Under the pieces are notes generated by a model. That model saw only the letters and a program-made list of their open reading frames with translations, made no database searches and was not told the DNA's origin. From a virus (lineage: Duplodnaviria > Caudoviricetes): DNA of 64,000 nucleotides. Within the stretch, counting starts at the first letter, position 1, and every line of letters begins with the position of its first letter. Position numbers and translations under genes: made by a program. Positions 26,699-36,788 of this stretch are shown here, piece after piece. Location: IMG/VR virus record IMGVR_UViG_3300023179_000027, positions 32,001-96,000 of that record; one strand, 5' to 3'.

Positions 26699-26751
26699 TT
26701 GACAATAAATGGGTTTGGTAGTATACTATGGGTATAGTGAATAACAAGGAG
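26699..26751 (+). repeat. Early promoter+RBS cassette type A, copy 3
   Basis: Near-identical to 26133-26185. Confidence 0.9.
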
Positions 26752-26757
26752 TTGACA

Positions 26758-26985
26758 ATGGTTAGAGATACAGAAATCATCATACAAGGTCGTAAAGCTT
26801 TGGTTGCAAAAGAACATGTTAAGACCTTCCTTACAAAGCAAAAATTGGTTGCTGAGGCTAGCCGCCTTAATACTATGGTTGCTGAATGTCCTGAGGTACT
26901 TAAAGATTTACATAAGACTGTAAATAAAATCATGCGTATCAACCAAAAAATGCGCCGCGAGAACATTTTCGCTAAATTTGTCTAG
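26758..26985 (+). CDS. Hypothetical early protein
   Basis: ATG 6 nt after cassette AGGAG. Confidence 0.6.
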   Translation: MVRDTEIIIQGRKALVAKEHVKTFLTKQKLVAEASRLNTMVAECPEVLKDLHKTVNKIMRINQKMRRENIFAKFV

Positions 26986-26995
26986 GATTCCTAGA

Positions 26996-27429
26996 ATGAA
27001 CGAACGAATAATTGACCTATATGAACAAGCCTCTGATTTAGAAAGAGATGTAGAAACTAGTAAAAAAAGTTATAGCGACCGCGTAACACTTAGATTTGCT
27101 GAATTGTTAGTAGCAGAAACATTAAAATTGGCAACTGAAAATATGGGCTATTCAGAATACATTCATGTTAAAAACCGTATTAAAGAACATTTCGGGGTTT
27201 AAGATTGAACGAACGAGTTCAAGAACTTTGGCGGGCTTGTGTGCTAAAACATACCAAGGATCCTATGAACTGGCAGACGGTGGCTGATGAATTTGCCCTG
27301 TTGATTGTTCAGGAATGTCTTTTGTCATTGGAGCCTAATCTATACAGTAAAGAAATTGACTATGAGTTTGAACAACGATTTTTTAAACGGTGCCGAGATA
27401 AAATAGTAAAACATTTCGGAGTTGAATAA
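26996..27429 (+). CDS. Two tandem paralogous small ORFs (26996-27202, 27205-27429)
   Basis: MNER...FAxL(L/I)VxE...HFGV. Confidence 0.6.
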
Positions 27430-27500
27430 CCCTTGAGGTTGACAATAAATGGACTTGGTAGTATAATAGCATTATTGACAGTTAGATAACGGAGCAAAAA

Positions 27501-28223
27501 ATGTACTTTCGTAAAAGCTACAATAATCTCAGTAAAGGCAAAATCGTGCGTAATCAACGTCCAGTAATCAGCCATGTCGCTGACGATGTTTGGGCAAGTG
27601 CTTGTGCCGCCCAACGCATCAACGGTAGCTATGTCAAGTTGGTAACATCCTGGGCTACCAACGAGGAAATCCTTCCTAATTCACTACAACAGGCAGACAA
27701 AAAAACCAACCGTCAATTGATGTATGGTTTGCTCGATGACACCTCACAAATCACCGAACAAGACCGTGAACAAGGTTTGGCTGTTCGCCAATATTACAAA
27801 GCTTTTACTTTCAAAATTCTACAAGGTAAAAAATTGTCGGAGTTTGACAGTACTGCTATGAGCATTGCAAACCGTGATGAAATCACTAGCGATTATGATA
27901 TTGCTGTAATTGCCTCACTTCCAAGTTGTTACCTACGCAATGTGGAACGTGATAACCTTGATCGTAAAATGTCAAGTGCTAATGGTGGGTTGATTGGTAA
28001 AGTTGGAGACAAAGTAAAAGCTACGCTTGAAATTGTCAAAGTCACATTTAGTCAACAATACAATTGCTACTTTATTTCAGGTCTTACGGATAAGAACCAA
28101 GCAGTATTTTTTGCGTACAATCGTGAGGGTGTTAAGGTAGGTGACACTATCAATGTACAAGGTACAGTAAAAGCACACCGTGATGGTACTACAACCCAAC
28201 TTAATCGTGTAAAGGTAATCTAA
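27501..28223 (+). CDS. Early protein with C-terminal OB-fold-like domain
   Basis: IGKVGDKV...VQGTVKAH...TQLNRVK; behind promoter cassette at 27439. Confidence 0.55.
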   Translation: MYFRKSYNNLSKGKIVRNQRPVISHVADDVWASACAAQRINGSYVKLVTSWATNEEILPNSLQQADKKTNRQLMYGLLDDTSQITEQDREQGLAVRQYYKAFTFKILQGKKLSEFDSTAMSIANRDEITSDYDIAVIASLPSCYLRNVERDNLDRKMSSANGGLIGKVGDKVKATLEIVKVTFSQQYNCYFISGLTDKNQAVFFAYNREGVKVGDTINVQGTVKAHRDGTTTQLNRVKVI

Positions 28224-29189
28224 TGGAACTTCAACTTCAAAACGCTGACCAGCATAGAATCGCAGACCTATTGTGGAATGCTAAAGATCAAAAAGAGGTC
28301 AAGGTGATCTTACGATTGTTTGGACATGACGCACAAGTGGTTTACAACATGATGATGGCGGCATATTTTGACCAAATCGATGATACTGATTTAGCAGAAT
28401 CACTATTAAATAGTATTAAATGAAAATTCAACCTAAATATACACTGATACCAAATGAATATGCTGTATTCCCCATTGATGCTTGGAGTAGGAAACACATA
28501 CGCAACTTATGTGATAATCTTTGCGTTAAGTATGTAGAAATATCTACCACAATGAACGCTCCTGCTTTTCAATTTACTCAACAAGACTATAAAAATGTTA
28601 CAGCATTTCTAAAGGATTATACAGTTAATGAGTAACTTGGATAAAATTCTCAGTGATTCAATCAAAGGTATAGATAGTGCTTATAAAGACATGGCAGTAT
28701 GTCGTAGTATTGCCAAACACATAATAAAAGATTTGGATAACGAGTTAAGCAAACCCAAATGGGTTGGTGATGATGAGGGTTGGAATAAGGCTATTGAAGC
28801 AGTTAAAAAAGAAATCAAACAAAGGTATGTATAGGCAAGTGTCCAATTTAAGCAATACAGTAATAATAAAGGATGTAAAACCGACAGATGCATTGGACTA
28901 CAAATATGAACTTACCTCAAACGGATATGAATTGAATAAAGATTTTTCTTGGTATTGGAGAGCACCTAGTATACATGGAATAGGATCAGTTGAATTTTAT
29001 TTTTCTGATCCAAAGCTTGCAACTTTTTTTAGAATAAAATGGTCATGAGAGGAATATATGTATAATTTCATTGCTGGTACATTTTTTGGTATTGTTATAG
29101 CAACGATTGGTTTTAGTGGTGTTGCCAAATTGCTTGACAATAGCGTAGATGTAGTTAAAAGTACTGTACAAGAACAAGCAAATAAGTGA
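28223..29189 (+). CDS. Run of small hypothetical ORFs (28223-28423, 28420-28635, 28628-28834, ~28827-29048, 29058-29189)
   Basis: Abutting or overlapping start/stop codons on the + strand. Confidence 0.45.
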
Positions 29190-29227
29190 CAGGTTTTTAT
29201 AGTAAACGAAAGTCTAAGGAGTTAGAT

Positions 29228-29593
29228 ATGGGTCTTGATCAATACGCTTATATCGCAAACAAAGCCAACACTGAATGGAATGACGATTGCCGTCAGGATG
29301 TGGCATACTGGCGCAAGCATCCTAATCTACAAGGTTGGATGGAGAAACTTGCAGAACAAAAGGGTCTACATTATGACGTATTTAACGGCGTAGAACTTGA
29401 GCTTACTTGGGAAGATGTAGACAATCTAGAATCGGACATAAGATCAGGTGTATTGTCTATAATGGATACTAAAGGTTTCTTTTTTGGCAATCCTAGTGAC
29501 GATTACTACCTTGAACAAGACCTACAATTTTGTGTAAATGCAAAAGCAGAATTGTTTTTAGGTAGAAAAGTATTTTATAATTCAAGTTGGTGA
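29228..29593 (+). CDS. Conserved-type phage protein (MGLDQY...YWRKH)
   Basis: AAGGAG RBS before ATG 29228. Confidence 0.65.
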   Translation: MGLDQYAYIANKANTEWNDDCRQDVAYWRKHPNLQGWMEKLAEQKGLHYDVFNGVELELTWEDVDNLESDIRSGVLSIMDTKGFFFGNPSDDYYLEQDLQFCVNAKAELFLGRKVFYNSSW

Positions 29594-29595
29594 AT

Positions 29596-30021
29596 ATGTT
29601 TAACAAATTAAAAGAAATATTACAAAGTGAGGGCTGGTATGTAGGTTGGGCATTACCTTGTTGTCAAACATGTGCTTGGGAAGAACTACCTCTTTTTCAT
29701 GAAGATGGACCGTTTGAAGGTAAGGAAATTGAAATACATAAAGTATTGTTTAGTCATGAACAGGATTGCCAATTGGATGTATACTTTGATGAAATCAAAG
29801 AGGAGTATATTTTACCTGACGGCTACACAAAGGATGACTATAGTACCTTCCCACATTATCGCCCACATGAAACAAATGGATCATTGTTTTGTTTTGCAGG
29901 AGATGATGAAGGTGTAAAAAACCTTATTGAAGTACTACCATTGATTGAAAAATCAGGATGTAAAATAGTTTGGAATCAAACAGGAAATATGAGACCATAT
30001 ATAAGTTGGGGAAAAGAATGA
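29596..30021 (+). CDS. Hypothetical protein with CCQTC motif
   Basis: ORF in co-oriented run. Confidence 0.5.
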   Translation: MFNKLKEILQSEGWYVGWALPCCQTCAWEELPLFHEDGPFEGKEIEIHKVLFSHEQDCQLDVYFDEIKEEYILPDGYTKDDYSTFPHYRPHETNGSLFCFAGDDEGVKNLIEVLPLIEKSGCKIVWNQTGNMRPYISWGKE

Positions 30022-30365
30022 GCGGTTATGCATTGATTCGTAGGATAAGAATTTTAGAGGAAAAATGTGATGAGCTTGGATTTCGTATGTGCCAATCACG
30101 AGACTTTCATAATGAGTTTGGCGATACTTTAGCTATCAAACCAAAAGACGAGTGTTTACCAGTCTATAGCCGTGATGCTGAGTTATTCGTAGGGACAATA
30201 GGTGACTTAGAAAGGTTTATTCAAGGCATTGAATGGGCTAGAAAATACGATACAATGGTATTTGGTAGGTCACAGGACGACAAACGGGCACGTAAGGAAC
30301 AAGACTTTAAAAATAAACAATTGGTCAATATCCTTAAGGGTGAAAAGGTTGACAGTAAATCCTAA
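30018..30365 (+). CDS. Hypothetical protein
   Basis: ATGA overlap with the upstream ORF. Confidence 0.5.
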   Translation: MSGYALIRRIRILEEKCDELGFRMCQSRDFHNEFGDTLAIKPKDECLPVYSRDAELFVGTIGDLERFIQGIEWARKYDTMVFGRSQDDKRARKEQDFKNKQLVNILKGEKVDSKS

Positions 30366-30402
30366 TTAAGCTATAATCTAGTTTTACGCTAAGGAATTAA
30401 CT

Positions 30403-31737
30403 ATGTCTGCTAGTTGGATCGCTAAACTTAACGAAAGTGATAGTCGTTTACACAAGGAAGATGTACTTAAACAAGCCAAGGAAGCTATGACATTAGGTAG
30501 TGTCAATGCTATCAACTTTTTACAATTGCTAAAGATTTGCTATAACCCCTACGTTACCTTCGGTGTAAAACAAGTACCTGATACAGTTGGAATTGTAGAT
30601 GCAGAAAATCCTTGGAGTGATTTTCTTGAATTACTAGGTTACCTTGCAGTGAGAGAGTTAACTGGTAATACAGCCCGTGATGCAATTCAGGATATGAGTG
30701 AACGGTTTGATAGTGTTGAATGGAATAACTTTTGTGCTCCAGTCATTCGCCGTGATATGAGAGCAGGTATTAGTGATAAAACAATCAATAAAATCTTTAA
30801 GGATACTGAGTACGAAATCCCTGTGTTTGGTTGTCAACTAGCAACCAATAGTGAGGGTCGTCCTGAAATGAAGGGCACTAAGCGACTAGAGCCAAAACTA
30901 GATGGAGTGCGAGTATTGCTTAAAGTTGTAAATATGGGTGATACTATTGTAACTGATTGCTATAGCCGTAATGGTAAGGTGTTTGATAACTTTAAGCACA
31001 TTGAAAAACAAATTAAGGACAATTTTAACAAAATTATAAGACAAGCTGGTACTAGTAACCTAAGCATGGGTTTTATGTTAGATGGTGAAGTTATTGGTAA
31101 TAGTTTTCAGGAGTTGATGCGTCAAGCACGCCGTAAGGAAAATGTTGATAACGATGACAGTGTATTTCATATTTTTGATATTATTCCTATTGAGGATTTT
31201 CGTCGTGGGCATTGGAATACACAATTGAGCAAACGTATTAAAATCCTTGAAAGCATCCGAAGTGTTGTAGAGACTATGCCTAATGTTGAATTACTACCGC
31301 ATATTATGGTAGACTTAGACACGGCCGCTGGGCGTGATCAACTTGAACGTTATGCTAAAGATCAGGTCAATGCAGGCTTTGAGGGCATTATGATTAAGGA
31401 TGTTAATGCACCATACGAATGTAAGCGTAATACATTTTGGATGAAATGGAAACCTACCATTACAGTAGATTTGGAGGTGGTCGGTGTTGAAGAAGGTACG
31501 GGAAGAAATATTGGACGCCTGGGAGCATTGGTTTGCTTTGGAATTGACGACGGAAAAGAAATTTCAGTCAATGTGGGTAGTGGTTTTAGTGACGTTGATA
31601 GAGATGAGCTATACGCTAATCGCAATTTGGTCATTGGTCGTACTGTTGAAATCTTATGTGATGTAATTACACAAAACCAAGATGGTAGTTACAGTTTGCG
31701 TTTCCCTAGATTTGTGAGGTTCCGTGATGATAAGTAA
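30403..31737 (+). CDS. ATP-dependent DNA ligase
   Basis: EPKLDGVR, LDGE, FDII, EGIMIK, KWK, VGSGFS, SLRFPRF; own TTGACA(30349)-17-TATAAT promoter. Confidence 0.95.
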   Translation: MSASWIAKLNESDSRLHKEDVLKQAKEAMTLGSVNAINFLQLLKICYNPYVTFGVKQVPDTVGIVDAENPWSDFLELLGYLAVRELTGNTARDAIQDMSERFDSVEWNNFCAPVIRRDMRAGISDKTINKIFKDTEYEIPVFGCQLATNSEGRPEMKGTKRLEPKLDGVRVLLKVVNMGDTIVTDCYSRNGKVFDNFKHIEKQIKDNFNKIIRQAGTSNLSMGFMLDGEVIGNSFQELMRQARRKENVDNDDSVFHIFDIIPIEDFRRGHWNTQLSKRIKILESIRSVVETMPNVELLPHIMVDLDTAAGRDQLERYAKDQVNAGFEGIMIKDVNAPYECKRNTFWMKWKPTITVDLEVVGVEEGTGRNIGRLGALVCFGIDDGKEISVNVGSGFSDVDRDELYANRNLVIGRTVEILCDVITQNQDGSYSLRFPRFVRFRDDK

Positions 31738-32035
31738 GTATAGACCAATGGATGTTCAAAAAGTTTTTAGATTAAAGCATTATGTGCGATATGGATTCTT
31801 ACCAAAGAGTTATAACTGGAAACCATATCAACAATACGTTTTAGATAAGCAAATAAATCCAAACAGTGCAATAATAAAAGCATTTATAGTATTGCATTAT
31901 CTTGCTATGCATTCGCCCGAAAAGGTTCAAGTCAGGTATAAAAGAGCATATAATCGTTTTTACAAAATACACTTTGGCTCAGATAAAGCTAATATGAAAT
32001 ATTTAAACAAATACAGTTGCCATTTGTGGCTATAG
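31724..32035 (+). CDS. Basic hypothetical protein
   Basis: ORF in co-oriented run. Confidence 0.45.
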   Translation: MMISKYRPMDVQKVFRLKHYVRYGFLPKSYNWKPYQQYVLDKQINPNSAIIKAFIVLHYLAMHSPEKVQVRYKRAYNRFYKIHFGSDKANMKYLNKYSCHLWL

Positions 32036-32045
32036 GAGATAAGTT

Positions 32046-32570
32046 ATGGTTATGGTTGTAAAAAGTGAGTGGCATCAAGTCGAAAAGAGAGATGGTATTG
32101 ATATTACGCTGGAAATTCTTGAAGAAATTTATCCTCATAGTGATGAAGATGAATTACAATCTATGTTAGATGGTTTGGTTTCTGGTGACACTGATATTGA
32201 TGAAGTTATAAATGATGCATGGGAAAATGATGTTGAATTAGATTGGCAATATCTTAATCAAGACGATTGGTGGACCGATCGTAAAGGTGGTTACGAAGTA
32301 ACCTATAAAGTTCAAGATTGGCAATACCGTGAAGAATTTCAATTTCCTAAAACACATAAATGCACAAAGTGTCGTTGGACAGGTACTAGATGGGAAACTC
32401 TTACACTTCATTTAAATATAGATGGTTCTATACATGAAGAAGATGATTTAGAATTTAATTTAACAAAGGATGTTTGTCCTATGTGTGATAGTGACTTAGA
32501 ACTTACGGAAGTTGGTAAAGAACATGAAGAAGAACAAAAACAAGTTGAAAAAGAACTAGACGAGATTTAA
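32046..32570 (+). CDS. Acidic hypothetical protein with zinc ribbon
   Basis: CTKC...CPMC; AGGAG RBS. Confidence 0.55.
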   Translation: MVMVVKSEWHQVEKRDGIDITLEILEEIYPHSDEDELQSMLDGLVSGDTDIDEVINDAWENDVELDWQYLNQDDWWTDRKGGYEVTYKVQDWQYREEFQFPKTHKCTKCRWTGTRWETLTLHLNIDGSIHEEDDLEFNLTKDVCPMCDSDLELTEVGKEHEEEQKQVEKELDEI

Positions 32571-32589
32571 TAGATAAAAAGGAAAATTT

Positions 32590-33276
32590 ATGTCAAGTAA
32601 TGAAAACAATAACTTAGCAGAAACAACAGAAGAAAATGTAGAAAAAATTATCATACCAATCATATATCCTGCAGGCACTTACAAAATAGAATTAGCAGGT
32701 AGAGGAAGTGATAGAGGTTTTAGTAAAATTACCAAAACTCAATATGACTATTGGAAGGATAAAACAGAAAACTTACATCAGGCCTTAACGGGAGACATAG
32801 ATGAAATTGATGAGGATATTCCTAAGAAAGCTAGATTTGGTCATGACTACTATGAATTAACTGATATAGGATTTTATTCAGGTCCTGACACCGATTGTTG
32901 GATAGAAATAAAAGATAATAACAATTCAATTATTTTAATGGAACAGTTAGGAAACTATCTTGATAAAATTCATAGTGAGGATGATTATTATGAGCATTTT
33001 GCTATTCAAAACGAATTTTATTTAGAAAATGATGTTAAATCGGGTTATTATTTATGGTGGGTTCAAGGTGGTAAAGGAGTTTATTTTGAAGGAGAAGTAG
33101 TTGTTCCTGAAGGCGAATTTTTTGATCCCAGACATTTATATTTTTATTATGATGAGGTAGAAGGTCAGGAACTTATTACTAAAGTTACTTATAAAGATGA
33201 AGAATTAGAAAATTGGGGTGGCAGTTGGTCAGGAAAATATGCAGACTATGGTGTGCTTAAAGTTGATAAAAAATGA
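32590..33276 (+). CDS. Acidic hypothetical protein
   Basis: ORF with AAGGA RBS. Confidence 0.55.
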   Translation: MSSNENNNLAETTEENVEKIIIPIIYPAGTYKIELAGRGSDRGFSKITKTQYDYWKDKTENLHQALTGDIDEIDEDIPKKARFGHDYYELTDIGFYSGPDTDCWIEIKDNNNSIILMEQLGNYLDKIHSEDDYYEHFAIQNEFYLENDVKSGYYLWWVQGGKGVYFEGEVVVPEGEFFDPRHLYFYYDEVEGQELITKVTYKDEELENWGGSWSGKYADYGVLKVDKK

Positions 33277-33488
33277 ACTTGCATGATTTAGTAGGTAAAA
33301 TTTATAGATTTGAAGATGGAGATAAAATTCAAGTAATACAGATTAAATCAAGAAACCAAGAAGAGTATTTAATAACAGTACATATTACACAAGGTCCAGG
33401 TATTCCTAGAAAACTTGTGTTTAGTTTGCCTGAATTTATTGAACATTATGGACATCTATTTGGTTTAGTAGAAGATATTGAACCTTGA
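33273..33488 (+). CDS. Small hypothetical protein
   Basis: ATGA overlap. Confidence 0.5.
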   Translation: MNLHDLVGKIYRFEDGDKIQVIQIKSRNQEEYLITVHITQGPGIPRKLVFSLPEFIEHYGHLFGLVEDIEP

Positions 33489-33506
33489 AATCAGCTAAAT
33501 ATTTAG

Positions 33507-35075
33507 ATGCTCTTAAAAATATTTAACGTTTCTAATATCACACTGTTTGTCGCATTATCCTTAAGTGTTATAGCCGCTTGGTATAGTATTCTAGGACTTA
33601 TTGCAATCTTTGCGGCTGCTGTAATACCAATTATAATAATGGGCAGTGCGCTTGAAATTGCTAAGGTAGTAACCACTGTTTGGTTACATAAATATTGGCA
33701 AAACGTAAAATTTACTATGCGCCTTTATTTAGTGCTATCTGTAATTTCACTTGCGTTATTAACTAGTATGGGTATATTTGGTTTTTTATCCAAAGCTCAT
33801 ACCGATCAAAATTTAGTAAGTGGGGATATACTTGCTAAAATATCAATATACGACGAAAAAATAAAAATAGCGAAGGATAATATAGATGCTAATAGGGCAG
33901 CACTTAGACAATTGGATGCGGGCGTGGACCAAACTTTGGCACGTTCAACGTCAGAACAGGGTGCCGAAAGATCGGTACAAATTAGGCGACAGCAAGGTCC
34001 AGAACGTCAGAGACTTTTACGGGAAATCGAAGTCGAACAGAAAAAGATTGCACAACTTAATGAAGAACGAGCTCCGATCGCTGCGGAAGTTCGCAAGGTC
34101 GAAGCAGAAGTTGGTCCTATAAAATATATAGCAGCACTTATATATGGCGATGATCCTGATGCAAATTTACTTGAACGTGCAGTACGTTGGGTGATTATTT
34201 TAATTGTATTTGTTTTCGATCCATTAGCGTTAACATTAGTATTGGCTGCAAATGAAAGTAGAAAATGGGAAAATGCAAGAGAAGAAAACCAGGCTCCTGA
34301 CCCATGGATAGCGGATGTAGGTGAAAAACCAACTAAAGAAGAACTTGAACCAGAAGAACCTTTGATAGATGAACCTGACATACCAGAAGAAACAGTTGAA
34401 CAAGTTTATCTAAAAAAGAAATGGATAGATAAAGTTCCAGGTATTGAAAAAATGAAGCCTGTTATATATACACCTGAACCAAAGGTTATTGAGGAAATCA
34501 GTTGCACAAGTTGCGGGAAAGTTTTAGAAAAGGTTTATAATATAGGACTATTTTGTACAAATAAAAATTGTAGTCTAGGTAGACTACAAGAATATAAAGA
34601 ACCTGAAATAGAGGAAAATGTAGATATACCAACAGAGTCTAAAATTATTAAAAAGGAAATTGTTACAACGAATGTTACAAAAGAAAAACCTTTTAAAGAA
34701 GTTGATGGTGGATATGTAGTATATGACAATAAGGCAATGCAAAAAGATGCATTTAAAGACCTACATCCAGAATTTTTTAAATTAACAGCGGATTCATTAC
34801 ATCCTATATCAACAAAATTTGGGTCAGAGTTTCCAAAATTTGCTAATAAGGGTGATGTTTATGTTAGAGTAGATGTATTACCAAATCGTGTATTTAAATT
34901 TGATGGTGTAAAATGGATTGAGCTTGTTAAAAGTAATACCAATTCATATCTATACGATAAAGAGTATTTAGAATATCTGGTCAAAAAGATTGATTCGGGT
35001 GAATATGATGTAGACTTGTTATCCGAAAACGAAAAATCAGCAATCGAAGAATATTTACGTAACCAAAAAACTTGA
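33507..35075 (+). CDS. Membrane protein with coiled coil
   Basis: Three N-terminal hydrophobic helices, coiled coil, further TM at IILIVFVFDPLA. Confidence 0.65.
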   Translation: MLLKIFNVSNITLFVALSLSVIAAWYSILGLIAIFAAAVIPIIIMGSALEIAKVVTTVWLHKYWQNVKFTMRLYLVLSVISLALLTSMGIFGFLSKAHTDQNLVSGDILAKISIYDEKIKIAKDNIDANRAALRQLDAGVDQTLARSTSEQGAERSVQIRRQQGPERQRLLREIEVEQKKIAQLNEERAPIAAEVRKVEAEVGPIKYIAALIYGDDPDANLLERAVRWVIILIVFVFDPLALTLVLAANESRKWENAREENQAPDPWIADVGEKPTKEELEPEEPLIDEPDIPEETVEQVYLKKKWIDKVPGIEKMKPVIYTPEPKVIEEISCTSCGKVLEKVYNIGLFCTNKNCSLGRLQEYKEPEIEENVDIPTESKIIKKEIVTTNVTKEKPFKEVDGGYVVYDNKAMQKDAFKDLHPEFFKLTADSLHPISTKFGSEFPKFANKGDVYVRVDVLPNRVFKFDGVKWIELVKSNTNSYLYDKEYLEYLVKKIDSGEYDVDLLSENEKSAIEEYLRNQKT

Positions 35076-35131
35076 AAATAATTGCAGCCTAGTGTAATAT
35101 AAGAACATTGTAAACTTAATTGGAGATATCC

Positions 35132-35791
35132 ATGAAATTTAAAATGGCTGTAGTTGTTGCATTATTAGCAAGTATTTATGGTTGTGGTACCGCAAGACCA
35201 AATGCTACCATAGAAGCACCAAAAGTTGATCCATTAGTTACTCAAGCCCTAAATACTAATTTTGTTGGTCAGGGCATTAAGATTGAATGGGACTGTAAAT
35301 ATTTTTCAGGAATCACCGAAGCCACTTGTATTAAAGGCGAGATCAAATCTATTGAAGCAACAGGATATGCTCCATCATTTGGTAATAGCGAAGCCATGCG
35401 TGATAATGCGTTTGAAGTTGCTGAAATGCGAGCATTAGACAGATTGTTACGTTTTGTAAAGCAAGATGTGTCAAGCCAGCGCACAGTTAATACAATGGCT
35501 AAAAACTGGGAAGTTGCTAAAGATCGTATTAAACAACGTATTGAGGGCGAAGTATCAATGAATGATATAGATGCCGATAAACAAAGCAATGTAGCAGTGC
35601 GTGAAAATACAAATGATGCTGTTCGCAATGTAGTATCAACAATAAAAAATAATGCACAAGGTATTATTCGGGGTGCTCGTCCAATCAGTCAACGAATCGT
35701 TGATCGGCAAACTGTAAACGTAACAATTCGCTGGGACAGATATAGCGCGGATGCTGTAATTAACATGCAAAAAAAATATTTTAGTCAATGA
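35132..35791 (+). CDS. Putative lipoprotein
   Basis: Signal peptide with lipobox IYGC. Confidence 0.6.
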   Translation: MKFKMAVVVALLASIYGCGTARPNATIEAPKVDPLVTQALNTNFVGQGIKIEWDCKYFSGITEATCIKGEIKSIEATGYAPSFGNSEAMRDNAFEVAEMRALDRLLRFVKQDVSSQRTVNTMAKNWEVAKDRIKQRIEGEVSMNDIDADKQSNVAVRENTNDAVRNVVSTIKNNAQGIIRGARPISQRIVDRQTVNVTIRWDRYSADAVINMQKKYFSQ

Positions 35792-36780
35792 AACTTAAAC
35801 TACTTTTAGTAGTTGTATATTTATTTTTATTTGACTTAGCATATGCAAGTAATCCATTAAGAGTATATGGAATAGGCAGGACTTTTGAAGAGGCAAAAAC
35901 AAATGCATTTAAAGTAGCTGTGCAGCATGTTTCGGGAGTTGTTTTGTTAAGTGATAGAGAAAGTAAAAATATAGAACTTACTAAGAATGAAATTTCGACT
36001 TATAGTTCAGGGTACGTAGACAACTTTAATATAGTTTCTCAAGTTTTTAAAAATAATTTATATGAACTTGTAATAGATGTTTATGTAAATGAAAGTAAAA
36101 TAAGTCATAGATTATTTTCTAATAAAGAATCTACGCAACAATTTGAAGGACAAAAGCATTCAACACAGATAAATTCATTATTACAGGAAAAAAAGGCAGG
36201 AGACCAATTAATTACACAGGTATTATCAGATTATCCTAAATTAGCTTATAACATAAAACAATTACCTTATTTTTTAAAATTTGACAACAATCGAAATTTA
36301 TATTTGGTTGTACAATATTCGTTAGAATGGAATAAAAATTTTTTAAAAGCCTTAGAAGAATTATTTGAAATTTTTGATGAGGGCAAATATAATATAGTTG
36401 ACAAATTTCCTGCCAATATTTATTTTGTAAATGAAACTAATTTTAATGAAACTAAAAAACATTATAAATTTAGTGATTTGGTTAGAATTCAGGGGATAAG
36501 AAACCATTTCATAAATCAAAATGAAGTAAGACTTATGTTAACAATAACCAATTTTAATAAGCAAGTTATTGCTAAAAAATGTTATGTCCCTGATTTTGTT
36601 ATAGGCAAACACAAACCAATGTATAGTTTAGGGCAACCTAACGCAATTACGATTTGGCAAAATACGATTGAGAATAATCATGTTGCTTTACCTTTAAATA
36701 CAGCCTATGCAGAAAAAATTTCGACAACTATCAATGAGTTACAGTTGAAAATTGTTAATGATAAAGATTGTAAAAACTAA
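35788..36780 (+). CDS. Exported protein, LPP20-like N-terminus
   Basis: Signal peptide; G.G.T.EEA..NA...A. Confidence 0.5.
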   Translation: MKLKLLLVVVYLFLFDLAYASNPLRVYGIGRTFEEAKTNAFKVAVQHVSGVVLLSDRESKNIELTKNEISTYSSGYVDNFNIVSQVFKNNLYELVIDVYVNESKISHRLFSNKESTQQFEGQKHSTQINSLLQEKKAGDQLITQVLSDYPKLAYNIKQLPYFLKFDNNRNLYLVVQYSLEWNKNFLKALEELFEIFDEGKYNIVDKFPANIYFVNETNFNETKKHYKFSDLVRIQGIRNHFINQNEVRLMLTITNFNKQVIAKKCYVPDFVIGKHKPMYSLGQPNAITIWQNTIENNHVALPLNTAYAEKISTTINELQLKIVNDKDCKN

Positions 36781-36788
36781 ATATTACT

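Noticed and set aside
26162-26760. Three ORFs sharing the N-terminus MGIVNNKEL
   Set aside because: That ATG abuts the -10 box of the repeated promoter cassette and lies upstream of the expected transcription start; real starts follow the AGGAG at 26192, 26519 and 26758
25799-27494. Repeats as a CRISPR array or integron attC sites
   Set aside because: The units are promoter-RBS sequences separated by whole genes of variable length; no palindromic repeat with constant-length spacers and no cas or integrase gene nearby
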